From: Spirochaetia bacterium
Lineage (GTDB): Bacteria; Spirochaetota; Spirochaetia; UBA9216
Length of the DNA: 64,000 nt
Assembly (NCBI GenBank): GCA_963677925.2
Contig: CAXXYH010000003.1
Coordinates: forward strand, 1,024,001-1,088,000
Direction of reading: 5' to 3'
Below, piece by piece: positions 9,497 through 19,563 of the stretch; the first letter of the stretch is position 1; every line of letters begins with the position of its first letter. Below the pieces are notes generated by a model. It was not told the origin of the DNA and did no database searches. It saw nothing but the letters and a program-made list of their open reading frames with translations. The position numbers and the translations under genes are program-made.

Positions 9497-11554
9497 ATGA
9501 AAACCAGTGTAATCGGGAAACTTTTCAGCGGAATGAAGATCTCTACCAAGATCATCCTCAGCAATATATTCTTTCTTATTCCGATGGGAATTATGCTTTT
9601 TATCAGTCTTACCGGAATCAATTACGACATAAGATTCTCAAGCCTTGAGCTTTACGGAAATGAGTATCAGCAGCCGCTTGAGTCGCTGCTTCAGAATATT
9701 CAGGACCACAGAATATACTCATCCGACAGCGGTTTACAAAACAGGCTCTCAGATCTTGAAAGAAAAATAGACTCCGGATTCAATAAACTGGAAGAGGTTC
9801 AGGAAAAACGCGGCGAAGATCTTCAGTTTACCTCCGATGGACTTAGAATACGCAACAGGGAACAGCTTGTCCCTGCCCTTCTGAAAACCAGATGGAATGA
9901 TATAAAGCGATCAGGAAGCAGTGCAGATTATGAATCGCTTGTTTCAGATATACGAGAAATGATTACACATTCAGGTGATACTTCAAACCTTATCCTTGAC
10001 CCGGACCTCGACAGCTACTACCTGATGGATTTAACTCTTCTTGTTCTTCCTCAGACACAGGACAGACTTGGAGAAATACTTGCTTACGGATATGAGCTTC
10101 TGAAAGATATGGAGGCCGGCGGCATAAAAGCACTCCCTGCTTCTGACAAACTTAAATTTTACGTTTACGCAAGAATGCTTGAGGAATCCGACTACAGCAG
10201 GATACTCGGAAGCACAAATACGGCGCTTAACGAAGATCAGAACTTTTACGGTACCTATGAACCCATGCAGTCAACAATACCTTCAGCATTTGAAGCCTAC
10301 AAGGTTCCGACTCTTGAGTTTATAGGCATACTCTATGATCTCGGTACATCTGATGAGATCAATTATTCCTCATCAGAGTTTCTCGATTCCGGAGAGACAG
10401 CCCGGAATCAGAGCTTTGCCTACTGGGATGATACTGTACGGATTCTGAACGATCTTCTTGAAATCAGAATTGACAGTTACCGCAGCACTTTTATTAAATA
10501 TCTGATTGCAGCAATTGCAACCATACTCTGCGCATTCCTGATCTTCCTTGCAATCAGAAAAAACATTCTTTCTTCAATAAGTTCTCTTCAGGCGGGTTTC
10601 AGGCAGGCATCTGAAAACGACCTGACAACAAGAATAGATGTTTACGGAAGGGACGAGATAGCGCTTTGCTCTAATGACTTTAATGATCTTGTAACAAAAT
10701 TTTCAGATCTGATGAATAAACTCCAGAATATGACGGCTATACTTACCGAGTCGGTTCAGAACCTGAACGTCACTTCGCAGGAGGTTTTTGCTACATCAAA
10801 TGAACAGGCTGCCGCTGTCAAGGAAATAGTAACCACAATGGAAGATTCCGACAGCATGTCAAAGTCGGTAGCCACAAGTATTGCGGAGATTTCTGCACTT
10901 GCCTCGGGAACCAACGAATCGGTGAGAAGCGGCTTTGAACTTATCACGACCATCCTTGAGAAAATGAATGAGATTCAGCTCTCCAACGGCCAGACAATAA
11001 AAGGAATAAAATTCCTTTCGGAGAAAATTGAGAATATCTGGGAAATAGTTAACCTTATCAACGGAATCGCCGACCAGACAAAGATAATTGCCTTTAATGC
11101 CGAACTTGAAGCCTCATCTGCCGGAGAAGCCGGAAAGAGTTTTCAGCTTGTTGCTACCGAAATCAGAAGGCTTGCGGACAGTACGGTTTCATCGACTTCA
11201 GAGATAAAAAACAGGATAAACGAAATCCAGCGCTCCTCCGATGCACTTATTGTTTCTTCAGAAGACGGTACAAGAAAGATAGCAGAAGGCAATGATTTGA
11301 CAGGCCGTATGAACAGCGTATTTGAAGGGATACTTTCATCAACCGAAAAGACCTCTACTTCTACAGACTCCATCTCTATCTCAATTAACCAGCAGGTCTC
11401 ATCTTTCGAGCAGATACTGCTTACACTCAGGCAGATTTCAGAGGGAATAGACAACTTTGTTGTAGCAACAAAGGCAAGTGCCACATCTGCCGAAACTCTT
11501 AAGGGCATGGCACAGGAACTTGACAGCAGAATAGAAATGTATAATGTCAATTAA
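9497..11554 (+). CDS. Methyl-accepting chemotaxis protein (ACF-type tip) with helical periplasmic sensor
   Basis: 2 TM, HAMP, MA domain with IADQTKIIAFNAELEA; sensor motif SNLILDPDLDSYYL. Confidence 0.92.
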   Translation: MKTSVIGKLFSGMKISTKIILSNIFFLIPMGIMLFISLTGINYDIRFSSLELYGNEYQQPLESLLQNIQDHRIYSSDSGLQNRLSDLERKIDSGFNKLEEVQEKRGEDLQFTSDGLRIRNREQLVPALLKTRWNDIKRSGSSADYESLVSDIREMITHSGDTSNLILDPDLDSYYLMDLTLLVLPQTQDRLGEILAYGYELLKDMEAGGIKALPASDKLKFYVYARMLEESDYSRILGSTNTALNEDQNFYGTYEPMQSTIPSAFEAYKVPTLEFIGILYDLGTSDEINYSSSEFLDSGETARNQSFAYWDDTVRILNDLLEIRIDSYRSTFIKYLIAAIATILCAFLIFLAIRKNILSSISSLQAGFRQASENDLTTRIDVYGRDEIALCSNDFNDLVTKFSDLMNKLQNMTAILTESVQNLNVTSQEVFATSNEQAAAVKEIVTTMEDSDSMSKSVATSIAEISALASGTNESVRSGFELITTILEKMNEIQLSNGQTIKGIKFLSEKIENIWEIVNLINGIADQTKIIAFNAELEASSAGEAGKSFQLVATEIRRLADSTVSSTSEIKNRINEIQRSSDALIVSSEDGTRKIAEGNDLTGRMNSVFEGILSSTEKTSTSTDSISISINQQVSSFEQILLTLRQISEGIDNFVVATKASATSAETLKGMAQELDSRIEMYNVN

Positions 11555-11602
11555 ACCCGGAAGTAATTTCTAAAAATCAGCAGCAATTATTTGAGTTGAC
11601 TG

Positions 11603-13363
11603 TTATTTAAAATCAAGAGTTGCCGCTCCGTCCCAGTATTCGGGCGGAGATGCAATGTATTCTATGCATCGTTCCAGAAACTGTGACGTCGGAAAATCAT
11701 CCGGTAAGAGTTTCAATGCATTTTCCAGATAATCTTTTGCAGTATACCAGTTCCCTATCAGGTACATTTTTATTCCGTTTTCATAGAACCTGAACCACTC
11801 CTCTGAAAAGTTCTCAGGTTTGATCTCAAGAGAAAAGATTCTGGTCGGTTCAGTTTTACCCTTCACTCTGGCAATATCAACAAGTCTTGCAGTAAAATCA
11901 AGATGCAGACTGTTTTTTAAATTTTCTGAAACAAGTATGGGTGTACGGTAATGCTTTGTGAGACTTTCAAGTCTTGCGGCAAGATTAATTGTATCTCCGA
12001 TGGCGGTGAAATCGAATTTATCCGAACAGCCGATATTTCCGATGATAGCCGGCCCCTCGTTCAGGCCGACACCAATAGTAAACCCGCCCTCAGGAAGCTT
12101 CAGTCCGGAGAGATCGATCCGCTCATATTCACGAATCATTTCCATTGCCGCCTGGGCAGCTCTGTCGGCATTATCAATGTAGCTTACTGCAGCACCGAAA
12201 ATTGCGTAGATTGCATCACCAATGAATTTATCTACAGAACCGCCGTATTTTTTAATTATTGCCACCATGTTTGTGAAATGCTGATTCAGGAAATTAACTA
12301 CTGCATCCGGGGGATTATCAGCCATGATTTCATCAAAATGACGTATGTGGGAAAACATTGCTACAATCGTTCTCTTCTCACCGGTCATCAGATCCTTTTC
12401 TGTATCTTTAATCAGAAGATCATTGATTATCTCTTCGGGCAGGAATCTTGAAAATGCCGAGTAGATGGTTTTCGTCTCATTCTGCTTTCTTTCAAATTCC
12501 CGGGCAAGATAGATCATCTTCTTAATCTGATTTGAGATATTATCTGCTTCGAGGCCCTCAACCGGAACCTGCTCTCTCCGGATACAGCCCGCAACATAAT
12601 AACCGCTTAACCCAAGTTCCTCCGAATCAAGATCTATAAACAGTGTAACAAGTTTCTCAAGTTCAGGATCTCCAATACATCCGGCTTTAACTCCGGATCT
12701 GCATTTCTTCTTAAGTTCAATTTTTTGCTCATCATCAATTTCTTCATGAAACTTCAAAATCTCATATTCACTTTCCGACGAACCAACTGAGATATACGAA
12801 AACTCGGTATTGAGAATTAGAGCGATTCTTTCGAGGATATTTTCTATTACGAGTTCCATTCTTTCCGCGGTAACATCAAGACATCCAAGTTCGCTTTCGA
12901 AATACGCATCATACAGCCTGTCAAGGATCAGGCTTCTGGATGATGAGGCTGTAAAACCGGGTTTAAGCAGATCCTGCGGTTTTGGATGATTATCAGGATT
13001 CAAAAAAAATTCCGATTTACGGTGTTCATACATCAGCCTGCTTATCTTCATTCGGTTTTCCTGAGACATATTCTCGCTTCTTGGAACGACAAGGTCTACA
13101 GGTAAAATGGAAGATCGGTAATGCTCACCTATAAAGACCAAGGGTATCTGATTAATCAATTGAAGACTTTTAATTGAAAAAATAATCTCTTCGAGTTCTG
13201 TACTGAAACTGTCTCCCAGAAAAACAACATTCGGAGGAGAATTGTACATTTCATCAAGAAGTCTGTCCTTGGTACGGACTATTTCTATATCATACTCATC
13301 AAAATCAAGAAGTATAATCTTTGAAAGCAGCTCCGAGGCCTCTGCATAAAGTATCTCAGCCAT
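11603..13363 (-). CDS. Class III adenylate cyclase subunit (pseudo-REC, CHD, TPR); C2-like, lacks first metal Asp
   Basis: FSHIRHFD (D->H), DKFIGD, FTAIGDTINLAARLE, VKGK, C-terminal TPR and PP..WDG; start at MAEIL overlaps upstream stop. Confidence 0.88.
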   Translation of the reverse strand: MAEILYAEASELLSKIILLDFDEYDIEIVRTKDRLLDEMYNSPPNVVFLGDSFSTELEEIIFSIKSLQLINQIPLVFIGEHYRSSILPVDLVVPRSENMSQENRMKISRLMYEHRKSEFFLNPDNHPKPQDLLKPGFTASSSRSLILDRLYDAYFESELGCLDVTAERMELVIENILERIALILNTEFSYISVGSSESEYEILKFHEEIDDEQKIELKKKCRSGVKAGCIGDPELEKLVTLFIDLDSEELGLSGYYVAGCIRREQVPVEGLEADNISNQIKKMIYLAREFERKQNETKTIYSAFSRFLPEEIINDLLIKDTEKDLMTGEKRTIVAMFSHIRHFDEIMADNPPDAVVNFLNQHFTNMVAIIKKYGGSVDKFIGDAIYAIFGAAVSYIDNADRAAQAAMEMIREYERIDLSGLKLPEGGFTIGVGLNEGPAIIGNIGCSDKFDFTAIGDTINLAARLESLTKHYRTPILVSENLKNSLHLDFTARLVDIARVKGKTEPTRIFSLEIKPENFSEEWFRFYENGIKMYLIGNWYTAKDYLENALKLLPDDFPTSQFLERCIEYIASPPEYWDGAATLDFK

Positions 13364-14951
13364 ATACACCCCCGTAGGCATCTTTTCCGGGTGTATACAG
13401 ACCGTCAGGCCATTCATCATCGGTATTCCGGTTCAAAACAGTTTCCATGGATACTTCAGTACGTACATCTTCGAATACTGCTTTTGATACAAGAACCGGT
13501 TTCTGATACTGCTTTGTTATTCCCTCAAGCTCCTCGGCAATACCAACGACATCACCTATCACCGTAAAAGCGCTTTTATCCGGAGAACCAATATTTCCAA
13601 TAATTGCTTCTCCATGATGCAGACCGATCCCTATTCTGTAATGATTGCCGGACAGAACAAGACCGGAGCAGTCAACCTTCTCAATATTGTCTATCATTCC
13701 GATTGCAGCCTTTACCGCATTCTGATTGACCTGGCCGGAATCCCCGTTCAAACCGAAAACTGCAACTATGGCATCACCGATAAATTTATCGATGGTTCCT
13801 CCGTATTTTTTTATGATACCTACCATCATATCAAAATGCCGGTTCAGAAAATCAACAACCTGCTGAGCATTATTTTCTTCGGTTATTGTTGTAAATGATC
13901 TTATATCGGAAAACAGGATTGTCACATTCTTTTTCTGCACACTGTTTTTCTCTCTGTTTATTTCCTGGAAAATAAGGTCGGGAATTATCTCTGGAGGAAC
14001 AAATTTCGAAAAGATGTTGAAGATCTTACCCTGCCTGAGAATGTTCTGGCTTGTTTTAAGAGAAAGATAGAGGGGCGGTTCAATTCTGTTTACAAGTTCA
14101 CTGATAAGCTCCGGGTATATTCCTTCAAAATAATTATTACTCAGATGGCCGAAGTGTATTGTCCCCACAGCATTCCCATCCGGGCTTTTAAGTGGCAGAT
14201 AAAAATAAGAACTTAATTTTCTTGTCCCGATTTTCATCCTGCTGAATTCTTCCGAATCTTCGGTGAAGAATACTTCATGAGGATTTTCCATATCCAGCCC
14301 CTTGAAGTGTGCAAAAAAATCGTTCAGACAGAAATTAAGAAAATCCCTGTAATCTTCCCGGAATATCCCCTTGGAAGGCATGACATAGGATTCAACACTC
14401 TGGTTGTTGTTAATCAGTACAACGGATAAATGAATTTTTATTATCTGGTGAAGATACTGAAGAAGGTATTCAACTGTCTTTGATAAAACTTCAGTTTTCC
14501 CTGATACCGATGCAATATCACGCTTTACTGTCTGCTTTTGAAGATTATCAAGCAGGCGTCTGACGCTCTCCCCCTGTGAGAGACTCATTCTGATTGGAAA
14601 GTTCAAACCTGCTGCCCGGTTCCCGGTTTCAGAGTCGGGTATTTCAGACAATGTGTATACGGTTCCGGTTCCTCCGCAGGCGATAAACAGATTGCGCAGC
14701 CGGATATCATCCTTAGCCAGATAGCCGTAAACCGGAAGAGCCTCCGAATCAAGATGTTCCCTGAGAGCACAGATAATATCAAAACTCTCGGGCTGCAGCA
14801 GGTCAAGCAGTAGACAGTCAGGGACATCACGGATGTCTTTGAAACTGATGCTGTTTTTCCAGCTGATGAACCTCAGTTCAGGATTTTCAGGAGAAAGAAT
14901 TAGTTTTGAGAGTGATGCTGAAACGGCAATATCTTTCAATGATCTATCCAA
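13356..14951 (-). CDS. Class III adenylate cyclase subunit (degenerate REC, GAF-like, CHD); C1-like, lacks Asn/Arg
   Basis: FSDIRSFT, DKFIGD, FTVIGDVVGIAEELE (N->G, R->E), no KGK. Confidence 0.88.
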   Translation of the reverse strand: MDRSLKDIAVSASLSKLILSPENPELRFISWKNSISFKDIRDVPDCLLLDLLQPESFDIICALREHLDSEALPVYGYLAKDDIRLRNLFIACGGTGTVYTLSEIPDSETGNRAAGLNFPIRMSLSQGESVRRLLDNLQKQTVKRDIASVSGKTEVLSKTVEYLLQYLHQIIKIHLSVVLINNNQSVESYVMPSKGIFREDYRDFLNFCLNDFFAHFKGLDMENPHEVFFTEDSEEFSRMKIGTRKLSSYFYLPLKSPDGNAVGTIHFGHLSNNYFEGIYPELISELVNRIEPPLYLSLKTSQNILRQGKIFNIFSKFVPPEIIPDLIFQEINREKNSVQKKNVTILFSDIRSFTTITEENNAQQVVDFLNRHFDMMVGIIKKYGGTIDKFIGDAIVAVFGLNGDSGQVNQNAVKAAIGMIDNIEKVDCSGLVLSGNHYRIGIGLHHGEAIIGNIGSPDKSAFTVIGDVVGIAEELEGITKQYQKPVLVSKAVFEDVRTEVSMETVLNRNTDDEWPDGLYTPGKDAYGGVYG

Positions 14952-17124
14952 TCAGCTCCCGCACCCGTTCGAGCAGGCTGCCCCGGTCAAAATCATTTTT
15001 GTTTATGATTGCATTCCCGCCTGCGGCTTTGACTTTATCTTCGAGTTCGCTTCGCTCATTGGAGCTTATTACGATAACAGGGGTTTTTTTGTATTTCTCC
15101 TGCCTTCTGACATTCTCTATCAGCGTAATACCATCCATTCTGGGCATCTGAACATCGGTGATGATAAGATGAAAGTACTGCTCCTTCATTTTATCAAGAG
15201 CGTCAATACCGTCTACAGCAAGCGAGACATTGAAGTTCTCAAGCTCAAGAATTGATTTTTCTATTTCACGCGTTGATAAAGAGTCATCAACAACAAGAAT
15301 CTGCTTATACTGCTTGTCTTCCGGAGAATACCGTTCCTTGAACTCTATATTTCTTATGCCCTTGAACCTTGATATAAGTTCGGGAACAAACAGAATATTT
15401 ATAATCTCAAAGTTCTCATCAAAAACTATCCCTTGTATAACTTTCAGTTTCGACAGCCGTCCCGGGAGAGGTTTATATATTAACGATGAGAACTGAATTA
15501 CAGAATCAACTGTAATACCGATTATATCTCCGAGAGACTCGACAACAACTACAGAGAGTTTCTCGGATACGGATGTATTCTCTTTTCCAAGAAGGGCTGC
15601 AAGGGGATATACAGGAATTATCATCTCTCGAAGGCGTATGACATTCTTGTTGAGCACTGAAACTATTTCATCTCTTTTGATGATTAAAATTTCCTTCACG
15701 AAAGCAGTTGGAATAAGGAATTTTTTACCCTGAGCCTTAACAAAAAATCCGTCGACAGTAGCAAGGGAAAGAGGCAGTGACATTTCAAACAATGTCCCCT
15801 CACCGGTTTTACTGTCTATGATAATCTTTCCTTTAATTTTCTCAATATTTGTTTTTACAATATCAAGTCCTACCCCTCTGCCTGAAAGGTTGGTTATCTT
15901 CTTTGTGGTGGTAAACCCGGACTGAAAAAGAAAGGAGGAAAGACTTCCGTTATCCATCTTTCGAATCTCGTCCTCCATCTCAGGATTAAGCTCTATTGCC
16001 TTAGCCCGTATAGAATCATAATTTATACCTCGGCCGTCATCCCTTATTCTTATATTTATCCGTCCGCTCTCGGATGTACACTGAATAAGGATGCTTCCCT
16101 GGGAATCCTTGCCGGCTTCAGCCCTTTCCTGCGGACTTTCAATACCGTGATCAACCGCGTTACGGATAAGATGTATGATTGGATCATTAATGTTTTCAAG
16201 GATCGTTTTATCTATCAGCAAATTCGAACCAGTAATCTGAAAATCGATCTCCTTCTCAAGCAGCAGTGAAGTTTCTTCAACCATCTTTTTCAGCGGATTA
16301 AGAACCAGATTAAGAGGCAGCATCTGAAGTCCAAGAATTTCCTCCTGCAGCTCAAAACTGATATGCTCAAGCTGTGCCATTTCATCCGAATAGGTCTTCC
16401 TGATCTTCTGGGTCATCTTGGTCAGTTCCCCGAGTGAATCGGAAACAGGCTCAAGCCCGGGCTGATTGGCTGCAAAGTTTTTTACCTTCGCAAGAACACC
16501 CCGAAGACCTTCTTCAAGTTCGCTTAGAGTCTCATTTTCTCTCTTGAACTGGAACTGCTGTATAATCAGGCTGTTAAGCTGTTTTACTATTTCATCAATT
16601 TTTGTAATCTTAACCCTTATCGATTCATAATTCGACAGAGCTGAAGAGTCTTTCACTGAATCCGGAACAGGGCTGTCGTCAACACCATCCTTTCTGTTCT
16701 GGTTATGATCTCCTTCAAGCTCCTCCACTGTGAAAGCAAGGCCGGACTCCGCTTTTCTGAAGACATTCTGAAGGTTCGTCATTTCAATAGTGTCGGTACC
16801 AAGCGATTTAACCCGGTCCAGACCTTCCTCAAGATACCCGATGGAACTGTAGATCAGCTGAAGGAGATTCCGTGTAAGCGGATACCGCTTTTCCTTGACA
16901 CCCTTGAAAATGTTTTCAAGTTCATGGTTAATGGCTTCAAGATTCCTGAAATCCATCATCCGGGAAGAACCTTTGAGGGTGTGAAGCAGCCTGAGAAGTT
17001 CGGACAATTTCTCGTTGTTGTCCGGTTCCTTTCTCAGGGCAATGATGATATCACCCATGGTGACAATATTCTCTCTTGATTCCACTAAGAAGTTATCAAT
17101 AAATGATTTCTTGTCAATTGCCAT
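14944..17124 (-). CDS. cheA: Hybrid CheA-REC kinase (HPT, dimerisation, HATPase, CheW, REC; no P2)
   Basis: LHTLKGS, HLIRNAVDHGIE, DDGRG, SGRGVGLD, C-terminal VVDDS...ITDVQMP. Confidence 0.95.
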   Translation of the reverse strand: MAIDKKSFIDNFLVESRENIVTMGDIIIALRKEPDNNEKLSELLRLLHTLKGSSRMMDFRNLEAINHELENIFKGVKEKRYPLTRNLLQLIYSSIGYLEEGLDRVKSLGTDTIEMTNLQNVFRKAESGLAFTVEELEGDHNQNRKDGVDDSPVPDSVKDSSALSNYESIRVKITKIDEIVKQLNSLIIQQFQFKRENETLSELEEGLRGVLAKVKNFAANQPGLEPVSDSLGELTKMTQKIRKTYSDEMAQLEHISFELQEEILGLQMLPLNLVLNPLKKMVEETSLLLEKEIDFQITGSNLLIDKTILENINDPIIHLIRNAVDHGIESPQERAEAGKDSQGSILIQCTSESGRINIRIRDDGRGINYDSIRAKAIELNPEMEDEIRKMDNGSLSSFLFQSGFTTTKKITNLSGRGVGLDIVKTNIEKIKGKIIIDSKTGEGTLFEMSLPLSLATVDGFFVKAQGKKFLIPTAFVKEILIIKRDEIVSVLNKNVIRLREMIIPVYPLAALLGKENTSVSEKLSVVVVESLGDIIGITVDSVIQFSSLIYKPLPGRLSKLKVIQGIVFDENFEIINILFVPELISRFKGIRNIEFKERYSPEDKQYKQILVVDDSLSTREIEKSILELENFNVSLAVDGIDALDKMKEQYFHLIITDVQMPRMDGITLIENVRRQEKYKKTPVIVISSNERSELEDKVKAAGGNAIINKNDFDRGSLLERVRELIG

Positions 17125-18520
17125 ACCTGACTCCCTCTTTCAGATTATCTAATCTAGCCCTGCATATCTCCCTGAAATACTTGGCGTTAAACCCTTCAAG
17201 CAGGAACTGGTAATCTATTCTTTTATCACTTATATAACGATCGATATCCCTTGTCAGAATTCCAAGATGTATCTCTTCGCCCGCGGATGAGGTTCCGCAG
17301 CTGAAAGTAATGTAATATCTTGCCGGCCAGAATGCCGGATTGGCATCAAGCACTTTCTGAAAAGCAGAAAGTGCTGCAGATTTGTCCCCCTTCTGCAGAG
17401 GGATAAACCCGCCGAAAAAGCTGTAAAGACTCTGAGGATGTTCATTGGGTTTCAGCTGTGCAAACAGAACTTCGGCTTTTTTAAGGTTGTTTCTGCCAAG
17501 CTCGGAAAGAATATCAGCAAATTTTTCAGCCGATCTCAAGGCCGGGGAATCATCATCTGTAAAAATAGGGTTGTTAAGAATATTTGTGATAAACAGACAA
17601 ACCTGCTTTTCATCAGGAGGAGCCTGAAGCTCGGCTTTATGGATAACTTTTTTTACCGGCTCAGCAGATATGATATGACTGGGCACCGGCTGAATATTTG
17701 CCGGCTCCATATGAAGAGGATCTTTCTTCCTTAAAAAATAACAGTAGTCACTGGAAATAACTTCAAGCTGGGGATGTGATATGTGTGCAACCTCAGAAGC
17801 CGACAGAATCAGAATTCCTCTGTTTTTTAGCTTCTCGGTAATTTTGTTGATAACCTTCTGTTTATTTTCAAGATTCATATAGATCAGTGTATTCCTGAGA
17901 AAAACACAGTCCATCATGGGAAGATCGGCAAGGCTGTCATTATAAAGATTGATTTCCCGGATATCTATTTTATTCATGACATCTTCTTTAATAGATAGTT
18001 CTTCAGAGCCTTCAGATCGGGATGAAACCTCATCAAGCAGTTCATGAAAAAGCTTCCCGTCGGTTCGGAGTGCTCCCTTACGGAATATTCCTTTCCGGAA
18101 TTTATTCAAAATATGAGCGTTAATATCACTCGCATAAACCTTAAACGGCAGCCTGAGCTTTCCGTTCATCAGTGCATATAATGAAACAGGTTCTTCACCT
18201 GATGAACAGCTTGCACTCCAAATATTAATTGAGCCGCCTTCATTGTTCTTTTCAGGTATAAATACATCCCTGAGATATTTGAATTGTTTTTCTTCTCTGA
18301 AAAAATAGGTTTCATTTATAGTAACATGATCAAGTAAGCGTTCGTATTCTTCCTTTACTGTCTTAAGGATATTGAGATATACCTGTGCAGATCCGTTGAA
18401 ATCCTTTAACCGGTCATCAAGGTAGCCGTTGAAACTCATCATGTTTACAGGCTTCAGGTCAATCCCTGTGTGATATTCAATAAACCTTATTATTTCTGCG
18501 TATGAACTCATAGGCCGCAC
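17114..18520 (-). CDS. cheR: CheR methyltransferase with C-terminal TPR (WspC/FrzF-like)
   Basis: INETYFFRE, WSASCSSGEE, ASDIN, RNTLIY; TPR-like tail. Confidence 0.92.
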   Translation of the reverse strand: MRPMSSYAEIIRFIEYHTGIDLKPVNMMSFNGYLDDRLKDFNGSAQVYLNILKTVKEEYERLLDHVTINETYFFREEKQFKYLRDVFIPEKNNEGGSINIWSASCSSGEEPVSLYALMNGKLRLPFKVYASDINAHILNKFRKGIFRKGALRTDGKLFHELLDEVSSRSEGSEELSIKEDVMNKIDIREINLYNDSLADLPMMDCVFLRNTLIYMNLENKQKVINKITEKLKNRGILILSASEVAHISHPQLEVISSDYCYFLRKKDPLHMEPANIQPVPSHIISAEPVKKVIHKAELQAPPDEKQVCLFITNILNNPIFTDDDSPALRSAEKFADILSELGRNNLKKAEVLFAQLKPNEHPQSLYSFFGGFIPLQKGDKSAALSAFQKVLDANPAFWPARYYITFSCGTSSAGEEIHLGILTRDIDRYISDKRIDYQFLLEGFNAKYFREICRARLDNLKEGVRYGN

Positions 18521-19563
18521 ATTTCTTTTAATTCGGATGATATTTTCTGCAGCGGCAGAATTTTTGTTGCTGCATTAAGTTCCGCGGCGGCCTTGGGCAT
18601 TCCGTATATCAGCGATGTTTCACGGTCCTGAACAAGGGTTCGGCCTCCGGACTGTAAAATCTTAAGACAGCCGTCAGCTCCGTCCCGGCCCATTCCCGTA
18701 AGCAGAACACCTATTACGCCGCTGCCGTGACTGGCTGCCGCCGAGAAAAACATTTTGTCAACCGAAGGCTTCTGGTTCTGCAGTTTAGGAGAATCATCCC
18801 AGTATGCCTTCTGTTTCGTACAGCAGAGATGATAGGTTGACGGAGCCACAAGTACAGTACCAGGCTGAATTGTGTCATTTTCCTCTGAGATTCTGACGGT
18901 AAGCTCGGTGCCCTCATCCAGCCAGCGTGCGTAGCCCTCATCATAGCCCTCTTCTATATGCTGGCTCAGCAGTATGCCGACAGGGAAATTCCCCGGCAGT
19001 CCTTTTAAGACCTCACGTACAGCCGACGGTCCTCCGGTAGAGGCCCCTATTACAACGAGGGTGCAGGCCTTCCCTCCTGATAAACCTGGAGACGGTTTTA
19101 CGGACAAAGATGAAAAATCTCCTGCGGGGGGGGTAAGTTCCGTCTTCTCAATAATCATTTTTTTATTAAGTCTGAAACTTCCGAACCGTCCGGTATTTTC
19201 AAGAACTGTTTTGAAGGAAGCAGCAAACTCAGGGTCATTCATTTTACTTACTGCCGGCTTCGGAATAACTTCAAGTGCGCCCTTATTAAGGGCATTGAAT
19301 CCGACCTCGGAAATATCTTCACTTGTAAGAATCACTATCGGCAGAGGAGTGTTCTGCATAATTATCTCTGTGGCTGTAATGCCGTCCATAAGCGGCATAT
19401 TGACATCCATCAGAAGAAGGTCGGGCTTGAGTGATTTAACAAGCTCAATGGCCTGCTGACCGTTACTGCCTTCTCCTACTACTTCAAAACCGCCTAGTGA
19501 CTCAAGCAGCTGCTTTATAATTGAGCGTACCAGGTATGAATCATCAACCAATACTATTTTCAT
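18508..19563 (-). CDS. cheB: CheB response regulator methylesterase
   Basis: REC (VDD, LLMDVNMP, KP); GASTGG, QH, TGMGRDG. Confidence 0.95.
   Translation of the reverse strand: MKIVLVDDSYLVRSIIKQLLESLGGFEVVGEGSNGQQAIELVKSLKPDLLLMDVNMPLMDGITATEIIMQNTPLPIVILTSEDISEVGFNALNKGALEVIPKPAVSKMNDPEFAASFKTVLENTGRFGSFRLNKKMIIEKTELTPPAGDFSSLSVKPSPGLSGGKACTLVVIGASTGGPSAVREVLKGLPGNFPVGILLSQHIEEGYDEGYARWLDEGTELTVRISEENDTIQPGTVLVAPSTYHLCCTKQKAYWDDSPKLQNQKPSVDKMFFSAAASHGSGVIGVLLTGMGRDGADGCLKILQSGGRTLVQDRETSLIYGMPKAAAELNAATKILPLQKISSELKEMCGL

Noticed and set aside
11603-14951. Cyclase genes as decaying pseudogenes or as guanylate cyclases
   Set aside because: Both ORFs are full length and translationally coupled, and the losses are complementary; specificity residues are Lys/Thr (ATP), not Glu/Cys
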